Assembly: GCF_006345805.1 (NCBI RefSeq)
Contig: NC_043010.1
Location: forward strand, 56,358,001 to 56,422,000
Source of the DNA: Octopus sinensis
Lineage: Eukaryota
DNA: 64,000 nt
Direction: 5' to 3'
Shown here piece after piece: positions 12,358 through 25,449 of this stretch. Both the position numbers and the translations under genes were made by a program. Positions within the stretch are counted from its first letter, which is position 1, and each line of letters starts with the position of its first letter. The notes below the pieces were generated by a model. The model was not told the origin of the DNA. It did no database searches and saw only the letters and a program-made list of their open reading frames with translations.

Positions 12358-12667
12358 GTCAGGTTGGGGAACACAATTCGTCGGTAGGTGGAGACAGGAG
12401 CGAACACAAAGAACTTGATACTAGAAGTGGAACAAAAATAAGGATTCAACAAAAGTTGAAGAGTTGAGTGTAAATTTGCGGGAGTTGAGTGTCAATCTTT
12501 CAGAATCGAGTGTAACTCAGAGAAAGACAATAAAACTTATAATATTTACAATAATTTTATTGTTTTTTTGTAATTTAAATGAACCAACAAAAATAGTAGA
12601 AAGACATTGAAATGGTTTTTCTTTCCGTTTGGTTTGTTTCTTCAGACTATTCTCTGACTCTAGCCTT

Positions 12668-12945
12668 GTTGTTGTTGTTGTTGTTGTCGTAATTGTAATT
12701 GAAGTTGCTGATGGTGTCGGTGGCGTTGAAGGCTTTTTTTGTTGCAAATTTGTTCTAGTCGTTGTTATTGTTGATATTACGGTTGTTTTTACATATGTTG
12801 TTGTTGTTGTTGTTGTTGTCGTAATTGTAATTGAAGTTGCTGATGGTGTCGGTGGCGTTGAAGGCTTTTTTTGTTGCAAATTTGTTCTAGTCGTTGTTAT
12901 TGTTGATATTACGGTTGTTTTTACATATGTTGTTGTTGTTGTTGT
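12668..12945. repeat. Exact 132-bp tandem duplication bounded by (GTT)n
   Basis: tgatggtgtcgg occurs at 12709 and 12841; the two units appear identical. Confidence 0.9.
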
Positions 12946-13524
12946 CGCTGCTATCATCGTCGTTTCCCTCTCCTTGTAAACCACTGTGGAGGAACGAACT
13001 CAGTGAGGTGTGGCCGAAGCGACGAGTGAGGACCCAGCTAGTTCCACCCCGACACAACTGTTGACCTGCTTCACACTGACACGGTTTGCCGTTTGACTTG
13101 GCAGCCATAAATATGCACTTATCTTTATTAAATTTACCGCCAACACTCCATGTTGACGGCTGTGTTTGTGCATGTGGAGCCGTAGGTGTGTGGAACGCCG
13201 TACACATACGCACACTTGAGTTTATCTCTGTCAATATCTAAATCTAACAATTAACACACAACACACACACACACCACACACACACGCGCGCGCGCGAATG
13301 CATTGTACAAAAGAATTTATAAACAAGAATTAACAAAATTATTCAAAACGAGGTGTGTATGTGTAAGAGATATAAGGGATGTATTTAAAAACAAATATAT
13401 AAATAGAAAAATATGCATGAGTGTGTGTGTGTGTGTGTGTGTGTTGTGTCTATTCTTTTATTCTTTTACTTGTTTCACCCATTTGACTGCGGCCATGCTG
13501 GAGCGCCGCCTTAAAGGGGGTTAG

Positions 13525-13596
<72 letters not shown>

Positions 13597-13691
13597 CAGA
13601 AAACAAATTTGGATGTAGGAGTGGAGAATGGTCCGAACTAAAGAGCTCGAATTTTTGGTTACGTATCGAGCTTTACAGTGCATATGTGTTT

Positions 13692-13732
<41 letters not shown>

Positions 13733-14816
13733 CCATATGCATATGTACGTATGTATGTATGTACATATGTATGTATGTGTGTGTGTATGGGGAAGAAGAG
13801 GAGGCGATGGCGCCGGTGGAGCTGTCAACGTTATCGCACAAAAATGAACGATTGAGATAAAACAGCTGAACAAATAAGAATTGTCAACAACCACTGATAC
13901 TATCGCCGAAACTACTACCACCACCTCAACTACTACTACTACTACTATCGTCATAACCACAAATATCACCACTACTACCATCACCGTCATCATCACCATC
14001 ATCACCATCACTGTCGAGTATCGCCCACTCTGACTAGGTTCAATACCACGCACCACCATCTCGCCCCTCCTTGGGCCCGTTGCTTTTTATTCATTCACTT
14101 CAAGTTTATTCTAATCCAGACTTCAACATGAGTTTGTGGTGCTGGTGGCACAGGGGACAAGAGTCACTGGCGGGGTCTTGCCATTGAGGAAGAGTTGGAG
14201 GAGGAGGAGAAGAAGAAGAAGAAGGAACAAGAGGAGAAGGCGTAGTGGAAGAATTAGGAGACATTAGTAAATTAAAAGTACCCCACCTACACTCTAGGTG
14301 AGAATGCTGTGAATATTTGTATGCACGGCTGATTACACCTGTATAACAGGTGTATATACGTGTTTACAGGTGTATATAGCTGTATACACCTTTATCATAT
14401 TGTACAGGTAAGTGGATATTTAGTGAGACGCACCACCTTTCAGCTCCACACCTTAATTAAGGCGGAATCTTGCAGACTTTCAGACGGACGCCTCACTGCC
14501 CGCTCTCTTTGTCTCCTCCTCCTTCTTGCGTCTACTGCACCACCTCCACCACCACCACCTCTGTACGGTCAGTGTGCTCTAAGGCTGTCAGCAGAGACCA
14601 CCTCACTCATTTTCCATCAAACTCACCCACCACCACCACCACCACCACCAATACGGTCTGCATTATCACCTCAAATACGTTTCTACTTTTACCACCATTA
14701 CCCTCTCGCACCCCCAACCCCTGCAACCCGACCACGACACGGGTGGTCGCCCTTCAAGCTGTTTTGACGTGTTATCAAGAAAACTACATTTGATAGGTTA
14801 GAAATATTTGCTTGTC

Positions 14817-14959
14817 AATTTAGATGGTAGCTCCCCCTAGTGATGATGGTGGGGGCATAATTTAGATGGTAGCTCCCTCTTGTGGTAAGGTTGGACAGTT
14901 TAAGTGACGACTCTCCCAGGTGGTGAGGTTGACAGTTAAGGTGGCGCCCCCTATGGTTA
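14817..14959 (-). promoter_or_regulatory. Four degenerate ~40-bp tandem units carrying CTCF-like motifs
   Basis: Units start at 14817, 14859, 14897 and 14934. Minus-strand cores: TCACTAGGGGGAGCTA, CCACAAGAGGGAGCTA, CCACCTGGGAGAGTC (weak) and CCATAGGGGGCGCCA. Confidence 0.5.
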
Positions 14960-16445
14960 TCTACTTTTAACCAATCCCTGCTCTTTCTGGTTGTTGTTGT
15001 TGTTATTTTTGTTGTTTTTTTAACCTTTGGTCATTCTTGATTGAAGAAAGATATTCTAACCGTGACCATCCTGTCTTTTTACAGGCTTTAGATTATATAA
15101 TACTATTGTATTAGTTACGATGATGTGTGCAATTTGAGAGAAACCTAGCTGCTATTTCTAACAAACGGGACAACCACTTAGAGGCGTCTACAATATTTTA
15201 AGGACGTAGATCTGTGTAAGTTCAGCATGTATTGAAGACACCTCCGAAGGGGGAGGGGGCATGTCAAAACGGTAAAGAAGTAGGAGCCGAAACCAGATGT
15301 GGTTCCTCCTGATGATGTCTTGAGCTAACTGGATCCTATAAAGGAGCTGTTGTGATAGCAGACCACGAAACACAGTTGAAATTCCTCCACAAGTACACAA
15401 TTAATTGGCCGATTTACACCTCTCACTTGTAATGTTTTAAACTGTTATGTCTATGTAGCTAAAACTTTAACGACTATGGTTCGCAACAACGTGGTCCTGG
15501 TTTCCATCCCACAGCGCGTCACCTCGGACAAGTGCCTTCTATCATAACCTCATCATGGCTGAAATCTTGCGAGAAGAATTTGGTAAACAGGAACTCTGCA
15601 GGAGTTTTTAGGTTTTGCGTTGGTGTAAGACGAGTAAAAGTATATTAAATACAAGATTAATTCTTGGTTTGTTAAAATTATTTTCCCTCCAAGAGAAATG
15701 TAATTAAAACACTTAACAGAAGCGAGGATAAAGAAAAGGTTTAATATAAGAGTAAAACCAGTTGAACAATTGTTAACAGTCTCGCCTCCGGTATAATCTG
15801 CCGTTTCACTCACACCTACCAACACTATGGCTAAACTTCAACTAAAACCCTCCTAAAATAGTTTACTAATTGAGATACATACCCTGAGTTTTTCAGTCAA
15901 TATTTTAAAATTCTCCTGTTTATAATTTTGCATAAAAATAGTCGAATCTATTGCAATTACAAGCCAATCCTTATAACCTGAGTCCACGTAATTGTAACAG
16001 CACAAACATCGAAATGTCTCCCTTTGAAAGAAATTGGGGAAAAAAAAAAGACAAATATTTAGTCTATTGCGCCACGGTCAACACTAATTCGGTATCAAGA
16101 ACTTCTCTAATTAGGACTGACGTCAGTTCTTTTTAAAAAGGATTCTGTCAACATTCCCATATGCTTAGAAACTAGAGCAGGAAAGCAGGCAGGTCACTTT
16201 CGACCCACCACCTTTGCATTTAATGTCACCCAACACTTGTTAGGATTTACAAAAGCTTATATTTCCAATGGAAACTCTTATCATCTATGAACCCCTGAAT
16301 CTTATGAAATTCTATTCTCCTACAACCAAATCCGAGTTTCCGTCACGTAATGGAAACTCGGAATTAGCTTCATCCTGTTGACATAAGTTTCAAAACATTA
16401 AAATACTTCAAACCGTTGATATCTTCCAAATAAGTAACAATCAAC

Positions 16446-16484
<39 letters not shown>

Positions 16485-16975
16485 GATCGGCAAATGAATT
16501 ATCTCCCTTCAAATAGAAATTTTCAAGTGATCAATGATCAGCAGGGAAGTTTATACATCTATTAGATTATTATCTCAGAAATGTCTTTGTCTTAAATCAA
16601 AAAATAATAACACTTTATAGGATTAACCCGAATCTGTAGAGGATGGAACAAAAAGTCAGGAAATCTGTCCGTAGCTTTCTATTTGTGGGTGTAACCTGGT
16701 TGTTTTAACTGATGTCCCACTCGCACATTTCATCTGGAAACTTTTGGCTCAGGATGTTACAATGAGTTTATGAAAATTAAAGTATATATATATATATATA
16801 TTTTTTTTTTAGATATCAGACTCTCAGTAATACTATAGAGACTGATTAATTTACAGCTAATTAATTTAATTAGAATTAACATATTCATTAAAATATACAA
16901 ACCTTTAGAATAAATAAGCAGTTTTCCAAACATAAAATCCGGTAATTATACCCTCCACCTCAGAGTGTCACAACT

Positions 16976-17001
16976 CGTCCGCTAGGTGGAGCACTGAGTC
17001 A
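16976..17001 (+). promoter_or_regulatory. CTCF-like site with adjacent AP-1 site
   Basis: CCGCTAGGTGGAGC at 16979-16992, followed within a few bases by TGAGTCA. Confidence 0.45.
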
Positions 17002-17543
17002 CACAGGACCATATTTTAATATATATAAATACTGATGAAACGCTATTTATCCTGAACATTCTATTCAAAAACAAAAACAATTTTTTTCTTACCCTCCAAC
17101 AATCTGTCCACCCGTAATAACTGGATTTGAACACGGTTCTTCGAATTTGCTTTTAATTGACTCGACACAACAGTCGTTAATCTTTTTTTTAACATTAGTC
17201 TTCTCTGACTCCATTCTAAACTTTAATATACTTTAGCTATGTATATGTGTACACACGCACACACGTTAGATTTCAACAACAATGAAATGTTTTGGTAGCA
17301 ACTATCTTACGACATTAGTGCTTCAAGCTAGATTAGATTAGATTAGATTAAATATATTATTTCTCGTCTATATGACATTAATTCTCATCTTGTTCTTCGT
17401 ACAAAGTCTCGTTTTATTTCGACTTGTTCAAAACACCGATATGTTGCCCTTAGACTAGATTTTCCCCAATCGATAAATAATCAATAGAAAACTATATGTT
17501 TACATTTATTATCTTGGTAGTTTGTTTTTCCTTAATCCTGCAG

Positions 17544-17585
17544 ATAATAAGACCGCAGTAAATTACTTGAAGACTTGTTATGAAA
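17544..17585 (+). CDS. Speculative 42-nt micro-exon (NKTAVNYLKTCYE)
   Basis: Strong acceptor tttgtttttccttaatcctgcAG|, donor |GTAAAT, one open frame, symmetric phase 1. No homology support. Confidence 0.15.
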
Positions 17586-17859
17586 GTAAATAATGTTCTT
17601 TAAACCACAATGTTTTTGGTTTGCTTTCTGTCTATGACCAGGAAAAAGAAAATTAATCTCACTAGTTCCATCGTTTATTAAAGCCTCATCAGAAATTGTT
17701 CTCCGTTTTTGCCACATCACAAACAGAATCGTAACGACAAAAGACAAACTTGTCTTTCCACTACAGTCTCTACTTTTAACATAGAGACTAAAAATGTGTC
17801 TATTAAGCACGTCCTCGTAAGTTTGCCGTATTCATTTACCTATCCTAGCGACTTATATC

Positions 17860-17897
<38 letters not shown>

Positions 17898-18027
17898 TAG
17901 AATAATACGATCCGAAACGATCTTGGTACAAGAAGTTAGTGTTTTTCTGTGTTACGTAAGACATATTAAGTTTAGTTTGGTTACACATGTAGTCTCGATT
18001 TACCTTTTATATTCTTTGCACTCTTTG

Positions 18028-18058
<31 letters not shown>

Positions 18059-18571
18059 TAAACATATATATATTTATATAAAAATTATGCGTGTGTGATG
18101 CATGTGTATGTACGTGTGTGTGTGTGTTCGTGTGTATGCATATGTATTTGCGTGTGCGTGTGCTTGTGTGTATGGGTGTATGTATGTGTGCGTGCTTCAC
18201 CAATCATCATCGGTAAAAAGATGTAAAACATCGGCAAAAGAACCGAAAAACCGACGCGTTTAATAAATGAATATCCTGTGTGGAATTTGTTCCGCCCAGT
18301 TGTAGATACACTCCCTTGACACTCTCAAAAACTTTGGCCTATTGGACTGGAACTAATGACGTCATTGATTATTAAATGTATAATAAAATAATTAACTAAA
18401 ATATAAATAAACCTAATGGTTAAGATTCGAAATTACGTGGTTCAAGATGTAATCCGATAACATTGTACAGTGGGGAACTGTTTACATACTGCAACCCTGC
18501 GATCATATTGCCAATGGAATCCTGCTGAGGCTATGCAGGAGCCACTGAGATGTGCATACGTATGTGTGTGA

Positions 18572-18619
<48 letters not shown>

Positions 18620-18759
18620 TTGTGGTGGTATTCCTAGCGATGTGTGGTGGTGTGTTTGTGTATAGTTACGAAGAGGAACAAGGTGATATATGTCTGCATA
18701 TTTGTAACTGTCTCCGTGTGTGTATTTCTGATCGCCAGTTCGATTCTTAGCGTTGTGTT

Positions 18760-18974
18760 AGGCCCCAATAAATTCAGCTGACAAAAATGAGTTGTACTTG
18801 TAATATAAAGGGCCAACCTTGTCACACTCTGTGTCACGCTGAAATTCCCTGACGACTACATTAAGGGTACACGTGTCTGCAGAGTGCTGAGCCACTTGCA
18901 CATTAATTTCATGAGCAGGCTGTTCCGTTGATCGGATCAACTGGAACGCTCGTCGTCGTAACCGACGGAGTGCC
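18760..18974 (-). mobile_element. Interspersed repeat family C (SINE-like), copy 1
   Basis: gtcacactctgtgtcacgctg...cgtcgtaaccgacggagtgcc is shared with 28860-29008. Confidence 0.75.
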
Positions 18975-19459
18975 AGTTTTTTTTTTCTGCTACCGGTGTG
19001 AAACCGGTGTTGTGTCAAATAGCGTGACCTGGTGTTTCAGTAGAGAGATCGATGAAATAATACCAGGAAGAAATATGTATCGGAGTTTATATGACTGATT
19101 AAAACCTCTGAAGGTCGTACTCCAGTATCGCCACACACAATTAGTGATGTCACGTGTGTCTACGTAACAACTAGAATATATTAAAATATGTTAATTACGG
19201 TGACCTGATAGTGTCTTCCATTTTGATTAAATGTAGTATTGTCATGAAATTGTCACGTAACGAAGATATTTAAACCTAAAACTTCATCACAGTCTCACAT
19301 TTACTAAATCACAGTATTTATTAGTAATACTGTCGTCTAAATAACTTTTGTGCCACTGGTTTTGTTTGTGCCATATTGATGGCTCATTCCCTCCAGAGTC
19401 TTTCTTTAAATATAATCAGATCAGTCAGTAGAGTAAAAAGATTTGTCTCATCGCAAGTA

Positions 19460-20060
19460 AGTGCCACCCATTCATCGACCAGTATTTAATGAAGACAAAC
19501 TTCGATGGTCAATCAAGCCATCACTCCTGTTATTTCATTCTGACAATAAATCACACTCAACTTCAGTATCTTTTAGAAAGTCCGGATGTATATCACATTT
19601 ATCCGGAAGCTTATGCAAATTATCCGGAAGCGAGCATCTACGATGTATTCCACCGACATTAATTGAACAAATGGTATTTTCTGGCAAGTGGAGTTTGTAT
19701 CGGTAGATTTCCTGCTAGCCACTGGAACTCTGGTTATTGTAGTCTCTCGCTCGAATCGTTGCGTTGTAAACACACACACACAAACAATATTGAAACATCC
19801 TTATTTGGATGAACAGCTGTTGTTTGTCGAAGAAGGCGAGACGAGTGTTCGAATGTTAGTGTTTCCAGCTAAATGCTCAATCATCTATATAAGTGGTTTG
19901 TTAAAGTACAAGCTAGAGGAACAGGCAGAAGCAGAGATGTAATAGAATGTTACGAGTTGGTTCAATCAAATTCATTTTATCGCAACGGAACGTCTGGAAT
20001 CAATGGGAAACATCAATAAAAAATGGATGAAATCAATTCTATAAAAGAAATTCCACCATT
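19460..20060 (+). mobile_element. Highly decayed mariner-like transposase relic
   Basis: Peptide traces RPVFNEDKL (GRPxxFDEDRL-like), KSGCISHLS (KxGxWVPHEL-like) and NSFYRNG/WE (C-terminal FYRxGI..L..RW-like). Confidence 0.35.
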
Positions 20061-21226
20061 CGAACTTTTGACTCTTGAAAGCAAACAAGCTTACAAATTA
20101 TTCATTAACGAATCGTAAGAACATAAAACGAACGGTAAATCAGAACATTAAAGGATAAAATGATATTAGAAAGTCGCCAAGACTCTTGAGGAATAAACTG
20201 TTGTAATGGTGTGTAAAATAAGAAAGAAAAAAAAGAGAAAAACCAAAATGGTTGTAAAAAATCAACAGCAACGACAAGGGTTTTAATGAAAAACAAAAAA
20301 AAAAACATTTTTTTTTTGTTAGAGACAAACGTGAAATTTGTGATAGCTATTCGTTTTTATGTGTCTAGCTGAGTTCAAAGTGATAGCATCGACATCTGGT
20401 GTGGTAACTAATGTTATTAGATTTATGTTGAGGTGCATCCATAGCAAAACTCTGAGCAGACGGCACACTATTTATAACAAGCTGGATGTAAATTAGTTTA
20501 GAAAAGTGAGAAGTAAAACTGATGGGAAATTTGGATTTGTCTTCTGCATATTTCGGCCACTAATTACTGCTGCTGCTGCTGCTACAGGGTTGATAATTAA
20601 GTGTCACGGTTAACTTATAGTGGTAACTAAGATTACAAAACGCCATCGTACAGTTTAGAAGGCTGGTCTAGACTGGCATCATGGGTAATCACACGCAGAT
20701 GTCGACTGACTTTGCAGTGTTAACATGGAAATCTTTCTCACAAGCTTATATATATATCATATCTATAAAAAGGAGGATGTGTGTGCGTGTGTGTGTGCAC
20801 GTGATTGTAATTTATGCACATCCACAAATTAGCACGCATGTCGCTCAAATTTTAGGAGGACATTTGTCAACATCTTATCTGGGTTTTGTCAACTTATCTT
20901 TTCCCCGAGGCACCCGCGGATGGGGTAAAAATCTATTTCTAACCATAGCTTTTAACCATAAAAAATATCAGCCATTGCTTTTTGATAGTGTCTAGCAAAA
21001 AAAAATAAGATAAAGAAAAGTGGAAGAAGGAGGCAGAGAGTTTCACGGGAAAGACAAAGTGAGAGGGGGGAGAGAGAGAGAGTAAGTGACTACGTTCATA
21101 AAAATACTATGTAAAATGTTTTGTTTTTTTGTCTCTGAAAGGCACATTATATTTTATAATCATAGTATATATACTTTCTCACACAACAATTACAATATAT
21201 TTATTTTAAATCGTTCATCTTTCTCC

Positions 21227-21287
<61 letters not shown>

Positions 21288-21705
21288 TACTTTGGGTACG
21301 AAAGAGTTTTGTTTTTATTTTATGCCGAGTAAAAAAGTGTTTTGTTGACAATCCATTTATTGAACAACAAAGAAACAAAGAGGTGAGCAACAATTTGTCA
21401 GTGAGTTACACAATATAAATGAGTACAATTTGTGAGGCTTCCACCACACCCCACTCCGTTTCACGGACCACAAAAAGGGTTTTGAGGCCAGAGTAGTTGA
21501 TTCCATGCAAAAAAAAAAACGATTTTTTTCATAGTGAAAATTGTGCGAGTGTTAATCTACAAATTTAACAACGTTTTCCCCATTCATTTCTGTTTATGAA
21601 CATCTATGTGTGCACAAAACATGCAATAGGTGTACGTACGTACGTGTGTGTATGTGTGTTCGCGTCTGTTGTCCATATATATTTATATTATATTATATAT
21701 ATATA

Positions 21706-21737
<32 letters not shown>

Positions 21738-21769
21738 ATATAATATATATATAATATATATATAATATA

Positions 21770-22259
21770 CTAGCTGTATCGCCCGGCGTTGCTCGGGTTT
21801 GTAAGGGAAATAACTATATAAGCATTTTTAGAGAGTTACTTCCCTTATAGCCATTTCTGTTTTGGTGTCTTCAAGCCATGAAGTCGTTGTTCTAAAAGAA
21901 CGCTGGTCTCCTTGACAACGCTTTACGACGTTGATTTCCTTACATTCCCTTCCCCACAGTTTCACGAGGGAGGGAAGAAGGGGGAGAAGCAAACAGGTGC
22001 AGGTGTGACTATGGACGCCAACTCTGCCGCCATTGACACAGGAAAAATTATGCATTAACATGGAATAAAAAATGATGTTAAATATTTTTAAAATCGTAGA
22101 CTCATCGTAAACGCGCGCTAATAGCCAGACGGGCTCGATATGAATCACGACTATAAGATACCCGAATTTGGTGAAACAGCACCGCAAAATGTGGGAGTAG
22201 TTAGGAATCTAAATCGTAGGAGACAGACACTCACACAACTACAGTTTTATATATATAGA
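21770..22259 (-). mobile_element. Non-autonomous Helitron (490 bp)
   Basis: Minus strand 5'-TC...CCCGAGCAACGCCGGG hairpin...CTAG-3', inserted between A and T in (TA)n with no TSD. Confidence 0.85.
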
Positions 22260-22399
22260 TATATATATATATATAATAATATATAATATATATATATAAT
22301 TATATATAATATATATATATAATATATATAATATATATATAATATATATAATATATATATAATATATATATAATATTATATAATATATATAATATAACT

Positions 22400-22522
22400 A
22401 ATTTCAACGGATTTCGCCCAAATTTGACGTCTATATTACTTAGTTTGGTTTGAAATAAAGAACTTGATTAGTTTAATAATCGTAACTTAATCCCGGGCGA
22501 GGCCGGGTTATACTGCTGGTAT
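22400..22522 (+). mobile_element. Helitron 3'-end relic in opposite orientation
   Basis: cccgggcgaggccgggttatactgctggt has a GC hairpin and a degenerate CTAG-T end resembling the other Helitron termini. Confidence 0.5.
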
Positions 22523-22619
22523 ATATATATTCTTTTATTTATTTCAGTCATTTGACTTTGGTCATGCTGGAGCACCGCCTTTAGTCGAACAAATCGGCTT
22601 GGCGGTGGGATGCAGGTTT

Positions 22620-23006
22620 TATGCTCCCACACAGGAGTAGTTAAACCAGTTACATCGACCCCCCCCCCCAATGCGCGACTTGTACTTATTTAATCGACCC
22701 CGAAAAGACGAAAAGCAAAGTCGGCCTCGGCGGAATTTGAACTCAGAATGTAAGGACGGACGAAATACCTATTTCTTTACTACCCACAAGGGGCTACACA
22801 CAGAGAGGACAAACACGGACAGACAAACGGATTAATTCGATTATATCAACCCCAGTGCGTAACTTGAACTTATTTAATCGACCCCGAAAGGATGAAAGGT
22901 AAAGTCGACCTCGGCGGAATTTGAACTCAGAACGTAAGGACGGACGAAATACGGCTACGCATTTCGCCCGGCGTGCTAACGATTCTGCCTGCGGCGAGCT
23001 GGCAGA
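22620..23006 (-). mobile_element. Two stacked partial SINE family A copies
   Basis: The core atcgaccccgaaa...ctcggcggaatttgaactcagaa occurs twice (about 22695 and 22877). Confidence 0.8.
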
Positions 23007-23689
23007 ATACATACATACGTTTGTGTGTGTGTGTGTGTGTGTGTTTGACCGTGTTCATGTAATAGAGTACAGCTTGTTGCTTGATCCGGTAATCGACGAT
23101 TAATCCGGCAACCCTATAAAACTAACCTGTTGCGAAAAGTCCCAATAAACCGAGAAGGACCAGTTAAGGAAATGGATGAAACCAGAGCTAATTCATGAAA
23201 ACTTCATCGAACAATATGGTTGGTGTTTGGTGCCTGTCAGATTCTCTAAGAGTGAGGCAGCCCTTAGTTGTTAGTAAAGGATATCACCAGACGAATTTTT
23301 ACAAGAGATAGAAATTCCATCCTGCTCTGTTGGAGACATTAGATAATGTGTCTCCTACTAAAAATGATTTGATGGTCATAACTAGAATAGCTTTCGCCAT
23401 GGCAGAAGAATAGCTTTCATCATGGCTTTGCTCTTAGAATCCAAGGTGTTCCAACTATGACCATCCTGTGTCTGCACTTTACATGATGTGTTCTTAGGCA
23501 CACAGTGTCTAGCTAAACGATGCATACATAGGCACATACACGAATGCATACAAATAAACACATAGATATAGTCTTTCATACGCGTAGATGCACACATACA
23601 TATACACATACACACACAGACGCATAGACGCACTTCAATACATATTTATAGACTGCATACACACAATGTACACACATATATTCACACAC

Positions 23690-24075
23690 ACATATCAAAA
23701 CAAAGAATATTTGTGGGACATTCCCATCAGAGCTTGTACCACATGCAACAGTAAGCATGATATAGCGATTTGGGACTGAAAATAAGTCACGCGATGATGA
23801 AGATTAGTCGCCCTGTAGTTGTGGACATTTTTGAACGGAAAGGAGAATATTTATGGACAACTACTTCGAAGCCTGCAGCTCCTCTACCCTGATTATGAAT
23901 TCAAATTATACCTGTAATTAGTGGCTCACTTGGTTATGTTCACCAAGGAAATGTTGAAGTGACAATCTGAAAAAGCCGAAGCTTTCAGGCGAATAAAGAG
24001 ATCAGCTTTACAATACAATCTGAGAATGGAACAGTGAAAATATGCAAGACTCTTCTAAAAAATTGGAATGTAACA
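23690..24075 (+). mobile_element. R4/Dong-type LINE, restriction-like endonuclease (RLE) 3' fragment
   Basis: KEYLWDIPIRACTTCNSKHDIAIWD, KENIYGQLLRSLQLLYPDYEFK and VKICKTLLK are homologous to the 58708-59193 peptide. Confidence 0.75.
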
Positions 24076-25031
24076 ATAATAGCTGTTCTCACCCAAATTC
24101 CAATGATGGAACTTTTGTTTCTCGAGTTTCCAGGAAGAATTCTAAAAAAAACTTTAAAAATCGACATAGATGTTCTATTGAACGCTGGATGAGATTTTGT
24201 TCATTGATGTTAAATCGCGGAAGTACTCTACAGCAGATCAAATCAATATAGATTATCTACAGCTAAAACGAGGCGGCAAAGGTTGAACAGCGATTGAAAA
24301 CCTTTTAAATGCGAATTCATATAACTTCGACAACCTCTACTGACCATTAGATGTCCAAGTGCACCATGGATGAGATACAACAAAGAGCTTCTCAGAACAT
24401 TAATTACATAAGGATTGAAGAGGTTAGGCTCATTTACTCACTGAAGGCACCCATTAACAACAGACATGAACTGTGTGCATTTGATGGCGTGTCGTAACAA
24501 TAGCAATCTGTACGCCCCGCAGTCCGTCTCTCTTTACCCATATTTTGGTAAGATACGCCGTTTGGTCACTGTCCTCCATCTTGATAAGAGAAACCCGAAA
24601 TATCGAAATTTAAGATAAAAACGTAAACTGATATTTTGTTTTCTTTCTGTTTTTATTCTTTTATTTCCAACTTAATGATTTAATGACGTCCAAAAATAAT
24701 GTCTTCATCTCATACTCCCTTTCAACATACATATAGATACACACACATACACACACACACACACACACGCACGCATGCACATACATACATACATACATAC
24801 ATACATAGAGTTATTGTTTATCTATTGTTCGTTGCTCTACCCCTTCCAGGTATGCAGGGCAAGTGAATTCGATGCCTCAGATCACAGCACAGATCCTTAA
24901 ACACACCTACGGCGTATTTCTGTCTTACAGTATACACACACACACACACATACACACACGCACGCACGCACCATCTGATTTACAGGAAAAATAGGCAGAT
25001 AAGCATACACACACATTCACGTTCATACGCG

Positions 25032-25067
<36 letters not shown>

Positions 25068-25075
25068 TATATATA

Positions 25076-25119
<44 letters not shown>

Positions 25120-25449
25120 TGATAACTAGGCAGCTGCCTATAGTTGGTCACTCAAATTGTTAGCAATGGCAGCCAGCTTTTCATTAAACTACATCGTGTT
25201 GTCTTAAAAAGAAGGACAGTGTATCCACCATAGTAAGATATACTATCTAAAAATATAACGAAGTGGTCATGGATGGTAACAATGAACATAGGACTACTGA
25301 ATTAGAGCTGCTGCCATTGAGTCTTGTACAGCTTTACTGTTTTGTCAACAAAGTCTATCTGTAAAGTGTGGGTTAGCTTCCTTTGTCGGGAAACCCCTGT
25401 TTTTCGAGTTTCGACCACTTAGACATTAGCTAACGTCACTAAATACACC

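Noticed and set aside
12985-13225. Hox-cluster assignment or miR-10 near the Hox-type sites
   Set aside because: I found no homeobox exon and no miR-10 mature sequence in the window.
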